From positions 1 to 64,000 of the IMG/VR virus record IMGVR_UViG_3300034284_002638: DNA of 64,000 nt; one strand, 5' to 3'. Source of the stretch: a virus. The stretch's first letter is position 1, and each line of letters begins with the position of its first letter. Position numbers and translations under genes: made by a program. The notes below the pieces were generated by a model. It had not been told where the DNA came from and did no database searches. It saw only the letters and a program-made list of their open reading frames with translations. Of the stretch, positions 1 to 10,596 are shown piece by piece.

Positions 1-96
1 AACAGTAACCGACTCCAAGCGTGTAGCCTCCATCTAGACTAACCAACGAATCCCAGTCAGAAGAAGAAAGCCACTCTTGAGAAGGTTGCCTCTGCG

Positions 97-1293
97 TCAT
101 TTTGATTCCTTGACTAGGGACATCTCCGTAATGCACAGTTCTTTTGTGGAATCACCTTGGTTGTGACAAACAATGTCTATTCTTTTTAAAACACAAGAAT
201 CAATGTCTTCTTTGAAAAAATCCTTAAGTCTAAAGCATAAATTTGAAACATAATTTCCCTTCAAATCAAACAAGACTCTTTTTGACTCTAGTGTGCGTCC
301 ATTTGTATCTATAATTAGTGAAAATTCCGTTGGTGTTGGGTCTCCTTTGTAAAAAGCTCCCAAATTAAATGAATCATCGGAGCCCATATTTATGTCGCAC
401 CTTATGGAAGAGATGGCATAAAAGCATTTTTCCAATATGCTCAAAGACAAATATTTGATCCCATTTGACTCCTTTGCGATTAACTTCTTGAATTTGGAAT
501 TTATACTGAACGAGTCGTTGTAATAGGCAAACGGATAGTTTCCCGCACCAAAGAAAACAAACTTGTCGCCAGAAGGGGCCGGATATTTCGGAAAAGGCAA
601 AATAATTTCGCACCTTTGAATAAGGTCATTTCTTCTTTCTATAAAATTCATCCTTGTGGAAATTTTCCCTTCCAAAGCGGCCGGAAGCTCTATATATCCG
701 TTCTTATCCGGGATCGGAAGAACAAGAGGCATTTTCCCCGACAGATGGGAAACTATGTAACTAAAGACTATGTCTTCCCCATTGAGGTTGGTATATACAT
801 CATAAAAAACAACATCGGAAAACTTGGCATACTCTGAGGCGTACAGCCTGTCGAAACAGGTGCTTCTGGTGAGCGCTATGGGAACTTCTGTGGGCTCGGA
901 AACATCCTCCACTCTTCCCGGGCCGGGCGCACGAGTATATCCACCTCCTTGTGGAATTCTGCCTTCGTATGTGTATATCCTTGTATGATCAATCTCAAAA
1001 TTTCTAATAAGATTTTGAATGTTGGGCTCCGACAGCAGAAGGTCGTCGTCGTGGACTATTACACACCTGTTCTTGGCGAGAATGGATCCTACAAATCTTG
1101 AATCAAGTCCGAAGTCCGCGTTGCAATTCAGAACCTTTACCTTGCTAAGCCCCAAGTCAGAAATAAAAAGATGCTTATTGTTGTTCCAAACTATTATCTC
1201 GCCAATCGAATTGTAGGTTTCGTACGATTCAATTATTTTGCTCACATTTTCTGGTCTGGTCCAAGACATCATCACAACAGAACATTTCGTCAT
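97..1293 (-). CDS. Glycosyltransferase, GT64/EXTL2-like N-terminal domain plus unknown C-terminal domain
   Basis: SWTRP, EIIVWNN, SRF, HDDD (DxD) and NGEDI motifs typical of GT64-like GT-A folds. Confidence 0.7.
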   Translation of the reverse strand: MTKCSVVMMSWTRPENVSKIIESYETYNSIGEIIVWNNNKHLFISDLGLSKVKVLNCNADFGLDSRFVGSILAKNRCVIVHDDDLLLSEPNIQNLIRNFEIDHTRIYTYEGRIPQGGGYTRAPGPGRVEDVSEPTEVPIALTRSTCFDRLYASEYAKFSDVVFYDVYTNLNGEDIVFSYIVSHLSGKMPLVLPIPDKNGYIELPAALEGKISTRMNFIERRNDLIQRCEIILPFPKYPAPSGDKFVFFGAGNYPFAYYNDSFSINSKFKKLIAKESNGIKYLSLSILEKCFYAISSIRCDINMGSDDSFNLGAFYKGDPTPTEFSLIIDTNGRTLESKRVLFDLKGNYVSNLCFRLKDFFKEDIDSCVLKRIDIVCHNQGDSTKELCITEMSLVKESK

Positions 1294-2065
1294 TGATCAA
1301 CTCCTTAAAAATGGGACAGTCCACGGCCCATGGCTTAAAAGGACCCCAGTAGTGAATTATCTTAACGGGATCTCCTTCGTGGTTAACCGCCCTCCAGCCC
1401 AAGGGCCCTTTAAATGCCCTAACGCGTTCCGCACAAGTATTGTAGTGGACGCCGAACTTTTCGTGCCTGTATTGGTACCCTATGCTGTCGAAATAGGACT
1501 TCAAAACCGACTGGTCAGTTCCGGGTATATAAGCCCCGTTTTCCTTGAATCGGCAATTAAATCCGCACTTGAACGCATGACCCAGCAGTTTGTCCCAGTT
1601 GATCAATAATTTTGATGGGTCGTTGACCATGAAGACCCCTGAGTTTATGAACGGGGGGAAGCCAACGGTATGGCCTTCTATATCGGGTTCGTGGTCTATG
1701 AATATCGCCGGCTTTTCATGAAAAAGGGGCTCAATTTCTTGTATGGAGTCTACCATAATCGCATCGGCATCCATAAAAATAAATGGAAAGTCCAAGTTGC
1801 ATATTACATAGAGCTTGTAGGTCAGATTGTAGCCTTCGCTGTGCGTGCCGCAAATGGGAAAGAAAATGCCCCTAGTGTCCTTGAGTCCGTCCCTAACGCA
1901 AAACCTAAATCTTGAATCTTCCCCCACGAATGATTCTAAGGCTTTACTCGGAGGCTTTTTTGAAAATATGAAGCACGAGTCTCTGCGTAAGAGGTGAGTC
2001 TTGGCTTGTTTGATCCAGTTGCAGCACATGGCCAAATATTTTTTGTCAGAAATATCGTAGTTCAT
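1229..2065 (-). CDS. GT8-like glycosyltransferase
   Basis: YKL, FMDAD (DxD), INSGV, DQ and IIHYWGPFKPW motifs; start taken at MNYDIS (2065). Confidence 0.75.
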   Translation of the reverse strand: MNYDISDKKYLAMCCNWIKQAKTHLLRRDSCFIFSKKPPSKALESFVGEDSRFRFCVRDGLKDTRGIFFPICGTHSEGYNLTYKLYVICNLDFPFIFMDADAIMVDSIQEIEPLFHEKPAIFIDHEPDIEGHTVGFPPFINSGVFMVNDPSKLLINWDKLLGHAFKCGFNCRFKENGAYIPGTDQSVLKSYFDSIGYQYRHEKFGVHYNTCAERVRAFKGPLGWRAVNHEGDPVKIIHYWGPFKPWAVDCPIFKELINDEMFCCDDVLDQTRKCEQNN

Positions 2066-2085
2066 CACGGTGACTAAATTCAAAA

Positions 2086-4950
2086 TCAACCTCCTTCCGA
2101 GGAAGTGAATCCCTTGTGGAAAAGAACGGATTCGGGATAGAGAGCAGAAAGGTCTTCGGGAGAAAGGCTCTTTAGTCTGATAAATTTTTCGGCGTCCGGG
2201 TTTTTGTCCGGGTTCACACACCACCAGACCGGGTAGAAGTACTTATGGCTTGCGGTCTCCGTGAGAGAAAGTTCGTCCAAAACGCCTTGTACGAAGTCGG
2301 GGCCAGTGGAGGCAACTACGCCATGCCTGCGGCGTTCTGCGTATGACTTTCTCAGTCTTCCAATTAGAAAAGCTACTATTGGATTGGCTATGGAGGCCCC
2401 AAAAACACCATTAGCGCAACGAGTCGTATCCTTGTCCAGATATCCCTTGCCTATGGTCAACCCCGCCTTTTCATAGGCTATCATTATTCCATTCTTGCTA
2501 GGTACCGAATTCAAAGGCTTGGTTCCCAACCAAACGCAGTCCGAGTCAACATAAAAACCTCCGAACCTGTTCAATATCTCAAGCCTGGCTATGTCGGACT
2601 TGCAGTCATACTCTTTCTCAGATTTGAAGATGTCATCGTTTATCATACCAAGAGACCTAAGTCTTTTTTCGTTCCATAGTATATACCTTGACCCAGGGTT
2701 CTTGCCTATATAGTCCTCCGAGAAGGTCGCCATCATTTCTTTTATCTTTTTAGGCACTTCTCCAAACCATATCTGGTGTATGATGGGAGGTATGGTCCAC
2801 CTAAAGTCCTTAAAATAACTCAATGAAAATGACATGAACTGCTGCAAGTCCATTGAAGAAATCTTGCGATCCATGCCCTCAAGAATGTAAACCTCCATGG
2901 CGCTGAGTGGATCATCAAATTTGGGATAAGGAGTCATCCAGCTTGGACTTTCGTGCTTGTTTCTTTCCGGAACAAAGAAAACTTCTGAAAAGTCACCGGT
3001 CGTTCCAGACTTAATGCCGGGAATATCAAACTGGACTCTCTTCCTGACTTTATAGAAGGCCTTGTCCCTGGCCCCGTAGACCAAACTCTTCAGATATGTG
3101 GCGTCATCGGACATCTTCAGGTGATCGGGTATGTTGTGGCATATAATTGCATGATCTATCCTCTTGATCTTTCCTAGCTTGAACGCAACTTGCGTGAACT
3201 CATCATCGCAGTAATATCCAATATAATCTTGATTATAAACATGTCCAAATCTTAGGTAGTAAGACTTGCCCATTACGGAAAGGGTGGCCGTTCGCTGGTT
3301 GCCGTCGCAAGTCTCAAACCAAAGTGCGCCATCCGTATCGGGGAAATAAAAACCCATGCAGTCCAATATAATCTGATCGTAGTCTTTTTCAACGGCGATC
3401 ATGTCGTCCGAAGCGGCCACCAAAACATCAAAATCAAAATTTTCAATATCGGCGTTATACGCCTCTATCTTGGACTTATGATCTCCAAAGAAAACCTTTA
3501 TGTTTTGATATTTGGATTTTAGCCCATTGACTACCTCTTCGGTCATGACATCGTCGTCTATGTTGCATGTTATGCAAAAAAACACGACATTGTTTCCGGA
3601 CATTTTTTCAACAAACGAATCCAAGCACTTGCACAACAACTCTGGGCGTCCTAGTGTTGATATCTTTATTAGGATCTGACACCTTGTCTTGAGGTTTTCC
3701 GAGGAGTTTTGAGGCCTTATGGATTCAAGTACGCTTGAAAATGATTCAAAATTAAGTTTGCCGGCCACATCCAAATTGCAGAGATCGTAGGTGGGTTCAT
3801 GCTCGGTATGGATGAGCTGGTTCATAATCCTGAGTTTCCTTTTGCACGAAGAGCCGTACAGAGCAGAAACCGCATCGTCCCAGTATGGAGCCCCAATAAG
3901 AAGATCGGGCATTCGGCACTTTTGCAGAAGGCTTTTTCTTATGGCTATGCCGTCTATTCCCTTTTCTACCGACCCCTTATATCTCCCGTGCGAATCAACC
4001 TCCTGCCTTTGGAATTCAATATAGTCTCCATCAAATTCTCTTATGTCATTGTAGACGGTGTCCGCTATCCTGCAGTCGGAATTGCAATAAAAAACCCAGC
4101 CGTCACCGTGCAAATACTGCGTTGATATGTTGAATATGTCGTTGAGAAAAGGAAAGTCCTTGGAGTGTCCGAGCGACTTCGCATCCCTTCCCAGTCGCTC
4201 AGAAAAAATACCCTCGCGAAGCAAACAGTCACCCGAGTGGAAGTTGACAAGAATAACGCCCTTTCCTTGAGCGGCGGAAACATACGAGTCAACGGATTCA
4301 AGCTGCTCGCGATACAAGCGACTATTCTCGTCCACGCAGGCATAATTGAATGCATGGACAATTCCGCTTTTGGCCCTATTTGCAAACAAACGGTCGCAGT
4401 ACAATTTCACTGCGACGAGATCCAGAGCCTTGCCTTCTGTTTTGAATCCAGCGGAATCAAAATCCAGCCACCAATCTTCAAAGTTCTCGCCGAAACGAAC
4501 TAATCCAAAAGGATTGCCGGGCGTCAAAAAATCGGAATTTACGATGACAGCCGAGCTGCCCGGGGAAACTTTCGTGGTCTTTGCGGAAGAATTGACCGTT
4601 ATATTTCTTTTTTCTATGAAACTCCTAGTCAAATGCTCGTCCAGATGGATGCGCTGCGAAAAAGGGATGATAACTTGATCCGAAAAAGAAACCAAATCGT
4701 TGATGAACTTGAAGTTGAAGAATGTGTCCGGATCAAGAAACATCACGAATTTACTGTCTATATTCAATTCGGAAATTCTAACAGCCTCAGCAAATTCGTT
4801 CGTGTACTGAACATCATTGAATGAGGCGATAAATGTTTTGTTTTGTTGCCCGAAAGCGTCATTAAGCCTTGCGCACAGGAAGTCCAGATTCCTCCTCCTC
4901 TTGTGCGAAGGAGAACCGGAGAGAGGAATTATGGTAGTCAAAAAATTCAT
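2086..4950 (-). CDS. Multi-domain glycosyltransferase (several GT-A modules; C-terminal GT32/DxD mannosyltransferase-like)
   Basis: FLDPD, YCNSD, ASDDM, and C-terminal IPPIIHQIWFG...KSDIARLEILNRFGGFYVDSD...TGP. Confidence 0.75.
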   Translation of the reverse strand: MNFLTTIIPLSGSPSHKRRRNLDFLCARLNDAFGQQNKTFIASFNDVQYTNEFAEAVRISELNIDSKFVMFLDPDTFFNFKFINDLVSFSDQVIIPFSQRIHLDEHLTRSFIEKRNITVNSSAKTTKVSPGSSAVIVNSDFLTPGNPFGLVRFGENFEDWWLDFDSAGFKTEGKALDLVAVKLYCDRLFANRAKSGIVHAFNYACVDENSRLYREQLESVDSYVSAAQGKGVILVNFHSGDCLLREGIFSERLGRDAKSLGHSKDFPFLNDIFNISTQYLHGDGWVFYCNSDCRIADTVYNDIREFDGDYIEFQRQEVDSHGRYKGSVEKGIDGIAIRKSLLQKCRMPDLLIGAPYWDDAVSALYGSSCKRKLRIMNQLIHTEHEPTYDLCNLDVAGKLNFESFSSVLESIRPQNSSENLKTRCQILIKISTLGRPELLCKCLDSFVEKMSGNNVVFFCITCNIDDDVMTEEVVNGLKSKYQNIKVFFGDHKSKIEAYNADIENFDFDVLVAASDDMIAVEKDYDQIILDCMGFYFPDTDGALWFETCDGNQRTATLSVMGKSYYLRFGHVYNQDYIGYYCDDEFTQVAFKLGKIKRIDHAIICHNIPDHLKMSDDATYLKSLVYGARDKAFYKVRKRVQFDIPGIKSGTTGDFSEVFFVPERNKHESPSWMTPYPKFDDPLSAMEVYILEGMDRKISSMDLQQFMSFSLSYFKDFRWTIPPIIHQIWFGEVPKKIKEMMATFSEDYIGKNPGSRYILWNEKRLRSLGMINDDIFKSEKEYDCKSDIARLEILNRFGGFYVDSDCVWLGTKPLNSVPSKNGIMIAYEKAGLTIGKGYLDKDTTRCANGVFGASIANPIVAFLIGRLRKSYAERRRHGVVASTGPDFVQGVLDELSLTETASHKYFYPVWWCVNPDKNPDAEKFIRLKSLSPEDLSALYPESVLFHKGFTSSEGG

Positions 4951-5525
4951 GGATTCACCGAAGGCGAATAAATTAAAACGGGTGGCGAAGTTTGAAGCCT
5001 CGCCTTTTGACGCACCAATTCCTTGAATCCCTCAAGCGTTATCCGAGGGCCGGCGAAAAACGAAACCTTCCTGGCGTCTTCGGGAACACCCATTAAAGAT
5101 CTATATTCGCTGCAATGGGAGTAGCATATGACCCCGTGGATCTCCTTGGGGCTTGAAACTAAAAACTCTTGAACCACATATCCGTCCTGGCGGTACTCCT
5201 GGTACGAGCCGTCAAGCACAATTGCAGACCCTTTTGCGATAACCCTCCTTTGAGGCGAACTTTCATTCATTTTCAAATAGCAAAGATCGGTACAATTTAG
5301 CCAAGAAGAAATATAAATCCCGTATCCGATATGACCCCTTGTCTCGGCGGAGGGTCGGGATGTCTTGCCTATTTCCGCATAAATCGTGTTGGCTCCCACC
5401 GTCAAATCGGAATTTAAAATGAGTTCAAAACTACCCATCTCCGAGATGTCTTCAGCAAACGATTGAAGGGAGGCCAAAAGCAAGGGAGCCAAAAGAAAGC
5501 AAGTAGATAGACGAGTCAATTTCAC
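4947..5525 (-). CDS. Hypothetical secreted protein
   Basis: GTG start overlaps the upstream stop; signal-peptide-like MKLTRLSTCFLLAPLLLASLQSFA. Confidence 0.5.
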   Translation of the reverse strand: MKLTRLSTCFLLAPLLLASLQSFAEDISEMGSFELILNSDLTVGANTIYAEIGKTSRPSAETRGHIGYGIYISSWLNCTDLCYLKMNESSPQRRVIAKGSAIVLDGSYQEYRQDGYVVQEFLVSSPKEIHGVICYSHCSEYRSLMGVPEDARKVSFFAGPRITLEGFKELVRQKARLQTSPPVLIYSPSVNP

Positions 5526-5743
5526 CTCCCCTTCTGAGAAGATTTCCATTCCTCCCACTTTGAATTGGCCGCGGCGACCCTGGATTCCAATTCCTTTTTC
5601 TTGGCCTTGTATTCATCGAATTTGGCCTTGAAATCTTCCTCCAAAACCTTCTTCTCCTCGTGAACGGCCGCGATCACCTTGGAAAAAGATACAAACTCAT
5701 CAGAAAGCAAAAGATCAGCATCTGTCATTTTATTAACCTCCAA
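5522..5743 (-). CDS. Small coiled-coil hypothetical protein
   Basis: GGAGG RBS, helical K/E-rich sequence, operon position. Confidence 0.6.
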   Translation of the reverse strand: MEVNKMTDADLLLSDEFVSFSKVIAAVHEEKKVLEEDFKAKFDEYKAKKKELESRVAAANSKWEEWKSSQKGR

Positions 5744-5749
5744 TATAAA

Positions 5750-6442
5750 TTAGTTCTTTTTCTTCTTCTTTCCTGATCGTATTTTTGCATAGTTTTCAAA
5801 TCCCTTTTCGCCAAATATCCCGTCGGCAAACCCGTAATAAACAGCCTCTTCTGGCATCAAGTACCAGTCGCCATTCTGGCGTATCTTCTGGTCTATGAAG
5901 GTCATGGCTCTTTTGATGCTGTACTTCCTTTCCTTGAAATAAGTGCCCATAACAGCACGCTCCGCAAAAATCTGGAGCATTCTCTTGCAATACTTCTCAT
6001 TCTGGTCTACGGCGCTCTTTACGGCCATGGTCGTGTCCTCAATGGTTAACGAACCATGGTGTATCATTATCTCGCAGTCAGGCATGAGAACCCGCTTGTC
6101 TGCTGCCTGAAAGACAACGCCACTCATGCTGCTCGCTTGGGCATAGCCAAGTATCGTCACAGACGCCTTGGACATCTGGATAGCGTTGAACATAGCCATT
6201 CCGTCGCTCCAGTTTCCACCTATGGTGTGCATGTGGACAAGAATGTTGGCCGAACCATGCATCTCCAGTATGTGCATGTTTTTCACGAACGAGGTGGCCA
6301 TCCTGTAGTCAACCCCGGGCTCCTCATCAGCATCCGCATATCCGTGCAAGTAAATCTCCCTGCTCAGGTGATTTATGTGATGCTCGTGAATCTCGCTTAT
6401 CAGCTGCTCGGCCGATATGTTTCGTTTGGCGATGGAATTCAT
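5750..6442 (-). CDS. clpP: ClpP-like protease subunit
   Basis: REIYL, HTIGG, AQASSMSG (catalytic Ser), IMIHHG (His), DWYLMPEEAVYYGFADGI. Confidence 0.85.
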   Translation of the reverse strand: MNSIAKRNISAEQLISEIHEHHINHLSREIYLHGYADADEEPGVDYRMATSFVKNMHILEMHGSANILVHMHTIGGNWSDGMAMFNAIQMSKASVTILGYAQASSMSGVVFQAADKRVLMPDCEIMIHHGSLTIEDTTMAVKSAVDQNEKYCKRMLQIFAERAVMGTYFKERKYSIKRAMTFIDQKIRQNGDWYLMPEEAVYYGFADGIFGEKGFENYAKIRSGKKKKKN

Positions 6443-6554
6443 GATCTCCCGTGTTTAATCTAGTCAAAAACCACACGGGTATTTAGGCATTTGGAAAAAC
6501 AAAAAGGAAGGCCTTTTTCAATCAAAAAAGGCCTAAAAATAGGCCAAAAAAGGC

Positions 6555-9389
6555 CTAAAAAAAGCCGTCCTCGTAATCTTCCCGGGGAATCATATCCACC
6601 TTGCAGTCGTCGGATCGGCACCTGTAAATAAATTCATTGCCCTCCTTGTCTCTAGTGGCCAGATAGACATCGTTCTTCCAAAGTCGCCTCAAGGACTCCA
6701 GAACGGGACCCACATAAGAGTCGTGCAGGCCACGGCCGTGCCAATTGTGCTGGAGAAACATGATGCCCTTGTTTCTGTGGTTGGGATCCATGAGCCTGAT
6801 TTCGGGCAATCCGCCATTCATGTATCTGGCCACCAGTTTGGCCTTGATCTTGGTGGGATCCTTGCTCTCAATCTTATATTCCCCGTTCGGATACTTCTTC
6901 CACTCAAAAAATTCATACTTTTCGCAAAACTCGGGCGTGAAGAATTCCATGATGAGGGTTAAATCGTTGTATAGTTTCCTAACCTCAAAGACCTTGTCGT
7001 GACCCAGTCCGAGTTTTAGATCCCAATCTTGTTTCTTTTTTATATCGGGGCACTCTTCCCACTCGGTACCGAACTTGCCCTTGTCCCATCGCTCCTCTAT
7101 GTCGCACAGAAGATTAAATCCAAGCTTATAGGGGTTCATTGAATATTTGCCTCCAAGCACCCCCATCTTGTGCTTTGCGTACTCTATGATGCCCGAACTT
7201 TCGTGCTCTTGGCCGAGTCCGGCAAGTCCTTGTTTTGAAATAATATGATAGTCAACCCAGCTGTTGTGATTTATAAATCCATGGGCCGCATAGCGATGGG
7301 TGTCGTCAACAGTCATGTCATAGACTGTTCCTTGGCCGAATTTTATGGAAACAATTTCATCAGACCAATTTTCCCTCGTGAACCACAACCTGTCGTTGAT
7401 GTATTTGCCAAGGGAATCTTGCTTTCTTTTTAGGCCGAAACTTATCTGCTCCATGAATTTCTTGGCTTGAACGCCGCAAATACGAATTTGCCAAATGTGT
7501 GTTTTCTTTTCATCAGAGGCCTTGGCTTTCTTTCTTGAGGAAATTATCCCATAGTTGAGGAGAATGGTCTGGATCTGTTCTCCCATCTTTTCGCTGGAGG
7601 TGGACAAAATCACTCCGGCCTTGCCAGCATAGCCGTCACAATCAAAATAGGATCTAAGAAAGGCAGACACTACATTCTTGGGAGACCTCAATATACAATT
7701 GGGGACTGTCTTTTCTCTGGCGCAGACGCCCGTCTTTAATCCTATACTCTTCAAAAATTCTTGTAAGCTCTTGGAAGAACAAGAGACTCTCCACCTGCCA
7801 TTCTTTGAGCTCCCGTCCCACTTCCTCTTGCCAACCAGACCAAAAAGAGATCCCAAAAGATTTTCATACTCTTCAATCTGCTCTAGATCACCTGAAGTCA
7901 AACCAAAAGATCTACCGGATTCAGAAATATGACCATCGCCTATCATATAGCCCAGAAAACTAGCCAAACCTTCAGTGACCTCGGTCGGAATTGAGATTTT
8001 TTTGCGTCTTATGGTTTGAGTTTCTCCCAACCTTGAAACTTGCTCGTCAAAAATCTTACTCAACTCCACGACTTTAAGCCCGGCTTGTGCGTCAGTCTGC
8101 ATTCCCATTCGGTAATAGTTGCATTTCCAGTACTTGGAGCCAAGAATTTCTCGTATCTTTCTTGTGTCCAGCCTCTCTTCTTCCTTGTAATCCAGACCGA
8201 CCGGATCTTTAGGCCATACATTGGAACCACTTATCCTTACCTTGTCACCCTCATTTAGGTCTCTCATATGGATCCATTGACCCTCAGATTCCATAATTCT
8301 GTGGTTATCCGATCCTGTGATCTTATATCCCCTCCTTGTCTCTATCGTTACAGTTTTTCTTTCATTAAAAATGAACCAGTTGCTGACCTTTTTGTTGGAG
8401 TCGCCGTCCGAAACCAAGCATGAGATCTTCCCTTCAACAAGCTCTTTCGCTGTTATGATTCCATTGTCAGTACAAATCAAAGTATCGGGCCCGACACAAG
8501 CGTGTCCCTCATTTATAGTCTTTGTCATTCTCTGTGGGGCAAAGTACATGCTTTCCTCGTAGAGCATAGACACGATGTCGCTCTCCCAAGGCTTGAGAGG
8601 GGCGTTGTCCCTAATGAAGCCCATTATGTCCTTGGTGGAACCCACGAAGAGATCCAGATATTCGGCAGCTTCAATTTTTTCTATCTCCAACTGCTGTTTC
8701 TTGATCCACTCCTCCGTGTTCACATACTCGTCCATGTAGTCGTGGCCGTCCTCGACCTTGAGTCGCTTAGGATGGCGGTACTTTCGCTTGTCCCTCGGAA
8801 TGTTGTCCTTGTATTTCTTGGGCTGCCAAGCCTTGGAAGGATCTATCAAAGTCTCTATCCTGAGCACATGGTCTATAAACTCGGTGACCCTTTCCTTTCC
8901 CCAACGGCTCATGTACTTTTTGATCCTGGTGCCGTGGTTGGCCAACTCGTTCATCATGTTCTGGCTGGTCTGCGAGAAGTAGATGTTGTTTTTGAAAAAA
9001 TCAGCGTGGCCGAGTGCATGAGCGACTACAGTCACATTGTCAAGAAGGCTGTTCGAGTCTAGGCAATAAAGGTATACGGGGGTGCAATTCGTGACCATTT
9101 CGTATATCCTGTGCATGCCATGAAGATATCCGCGCTGGAGCTCCTCATACTCCATGCCCCATTTCCAATGAGGATACCTCACGGGAAAGCCGCCATAGGC
9201 TGCTATTTCGCTTATCTCGTCGTAGGTGAGCATTTCAACAACGGTCGGAGGGAAGTCACAGCCGAACTCGCTCACCTTTCTGAATATCTCGGGAAGGAGT
9301 CTCTTAAGTTCCTCGGGCATCGGCACGCCTGGAATCTTACTATTCCCCATCAATACTGGGGATCCCATCATGAATTTTCTGTTGTTCAT
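6555..9389 (-). CDS. spoVR: SpoVR/YcgB family protein interrupted by an intein
   Basis: GFPVRYPHWKWG, IYEMV, AHALGHADFFKNN, YFAPQRMTKTINEG, NPYKLG. Confidence 0.9.
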   Translation of the reverse strand: MNNRKFMMGSPVLMGNSKIPGVPMPEELKRLLPEIFRKVSEFGCDFPPTVVEMLTYDEISEIAAYGGFPVRYPHWKWGMEYEELQRGYLHGMHRIYEMVTNCTPVYLYCLDSNSLLDNVTVVAHALGHADFFKNNIYFSQTSQNMMNELANHGTRIKKYMSRWGKERVTEFIDHVLRIETLIDPSKAWQPKKYKDNIPRDKRKYRHPKRLKVEDGHDYMDEYVNTEEWIKKQQLEIEKIEAAEYLDLFVGSTKDIMGFIRDNAPLKPWESDIVSMLYEESMYFAPQRMTKTINEGHACVGPDTLICTDNGIITAKELVEGKISCLVSDGDSNKKVSNWFIFNERKTVTIETRRGYKITGSDNHRIMESEGQWIHMRDLNEGDKVRISGSNVWPKDPVGLDYKEEERLDTRKIREILGSKYWKCNYYRMGMQTDAQAGLKVVELSKIFDEQVSRLGETQTIRRKKISIPTEVTEGLASFLGYMIGDGHISESGRSFGLTSGDLEQIEEYENLLGSLFGLVGKRKWDGSSKNGRWRVSCSSKSLQEFLKSIGLKTGVCAREKTVPNCILRSPKNVVSAFLRSYFDCDGYAGKAGVILSTSSEKMGEQIQTILLNYGIISSRKKAKASDEKKTHIWQIRICGVQAKKFMEQISFGLKRKQDSLGKYINDRLWFTRENWSDEIVSIKFGQGTVYDMTVDDTHRYAAHGFINHNSWVDYHIISKQGLAGLGQEHESSGIIEYAKHKMGVLGGKYSMNPYKLGFNLLCDIEERWDKGKFGTEWEECPDIKKKQDWDLKLGLGHDKVFEVRKLYNDLTLIMEFFTPEFCEKYEFFEWKKYPNGEYKIESKDPTKIKAKLVARYMNGGLPEIRLMDPNHRNKGIMFLQHNWHGRGLHDSYVGPVLESLRRLWKNDVYLATRDKEGNEFIYRCRSDDCKVDMIPREDYEDGFF
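7263..8498 (-). mobile_element. Intein (412 aa) with LAGLIDADG homing endonuclease
   Basis: Begins CVGPDT, block B GSDNHRI, LGYMIGDG and LRSYFDCDG motifs, ends VYDMTV...FINHN followed by Ser. Confidence 0.92.
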
Positions 9390-9393
9390 TATG

Positions 9394-10596
9394 TCATCCC
9401 AGGTTGTTGGCCCAGTAGTTCTCCGTTCTTCCTCTTCTTCTTCCCTTTCCGAGAAGGTCTATAATCGCGTCCTTAATGCCCCTGTCCCTTTCTTGGTCGG
9501 ACAAGTTGGAGTCCGTGCCCACCTGCGTTGTCTTAAGGTTCGTCGACTTGCATTTTTCATCTACCGCCTGCTTGAGGCTGTTCTCGTACCTCCATGGAAG
9601 TATCTGGGTGATGCCCACCATGTTTACGAACTTAGGACCGAATTCCTCCTCCAGCGTCTTTACAAACACATCGTTGTCATTGTCCCAATTCTCGCCGTCC
9701 GTGAAATAAAACAAATATATGTTCCACTTGATGGGATTGAACCTGTTCTCAAACATCTTGGATATGAGTTTCAATGCGGTGGAGCAGGTCGTGCCTCCGC
9801 CGTACCGGTACTTGTAGAACTTCTTCTCATCAACCTCTTTCGCGACCGTGTCGTGCCAAACATAGACACGCTCTACCTTGTCATAAAACTTACGAATCCA
9901 AGTGTCTATCCACCAACTCATGTCGCTTACAATGTCGCACTTGTACTGATCCATGGACGCGGATCCGTCCCTGGCGAAGAATATTACGGCATTGCTAGAA
10001 GGCAATTTTATCTCATTAAACTGGCGGTATCGCTTGTCGCTGTTTATGGGGGTTATGAGCCTAATCGGGTTGGCAAAGCCCGGAATCTGGTAGAGTTTAT
10101 TTATGGATCCGTCGGCACACTGCCGCTTCAGAGCTTGCTTAAGGGTTCTGGCGTTGTGCCTGAGCGATTCGGGCCCCACGAGGGCTATGTTGTTATATTT
10201 CTTGATTATCTGCTCATAGGTGTCACTCGGCTTGGGTTTCATATCAGGAAGTTCAAGTTCATCCTGCATGAACTTTAGAACCTCGTCCATGTCCACGGCA
10301 ATATCCATGCCGTCGCCCGCGTCTTGTCCGGCCTTATTGCCCTTTCCGTCGCCCTTCTGATCGTCCTTGCCTATTACATCGCCCTTTTCGCCCTTTCCAC
10401 GGCCGATACCGCCGTCGCTATCGCCGTAGACGATGTGCGGTATGTCAATCTTTGGAATTGTAACGACTATCTTTCCATTCTTTCCTCTATTTCGAAAGAT
10501 GGATCCATTCTTGATGTACTTTTTAAGTTCTTTCCTTCTTATGCCTCCGTAGACATCTTGGAAGTCCTTATGATCGGAATCTATGCGGCGTGGAAT
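9394..10596 (-). CDS. yeaH: YeaH/YhbH (DUF444) vWA-like protein; probable non-canonical ATT start
   Basis: MIDAS DGSAS, GGGT, TDGEN. The frame stays open 96 codons upstream of the listed ATG (10308), to ATT at 10596 behind SD AAGAGGTG. Confidence 0.85.
   Translation of the reverse strand: MPRRIDSDHKDFQDVYGGIRRKELKKYIKNGSIFRNRGKNGKIVVTIPKIDIPHIVYGDSDGGIGRGKGEKGDVIGKDDQKGDGKGNKAGQDAGDGMDIAVDMDEVLKFMQDELELPDMKPKPSDTYEQIIKKYNNIALVGPESLRHNARTLKQALKRQCADGSINKLYQIPGFANPIRLITPINSDKRYRQFNEIKLPSSNAVIFFARDGSASMDQYKCDIVSDMSWWIDTWIRKFYDKVERVYVWHDTVAKEVDEKKFYKYRYGGGTTCSTALKLISKMFENRFNPIKWNIYLFYFTDGENWDNDNDVFVKTLEEEFGPKFVNMVGITQILPWRYENSLKQAVDEKCKSTNLKTTQVGTDSNLSDQERDRGIKDAIIDLLGKGRRRGRTENYWANNLG

Noticed and set aside
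6505-6566. AAAAGGCC short repeats at the end of spoVR
   Set aside because: Best explained as a terminator-like hairpin and low-complexity sequence; too short to call iterons.
9394-10308. yeaH as a truncated pseudogene
   Set aside because: The N-terminal region is intact and in frame behind a good SD; an ATT start explains it.
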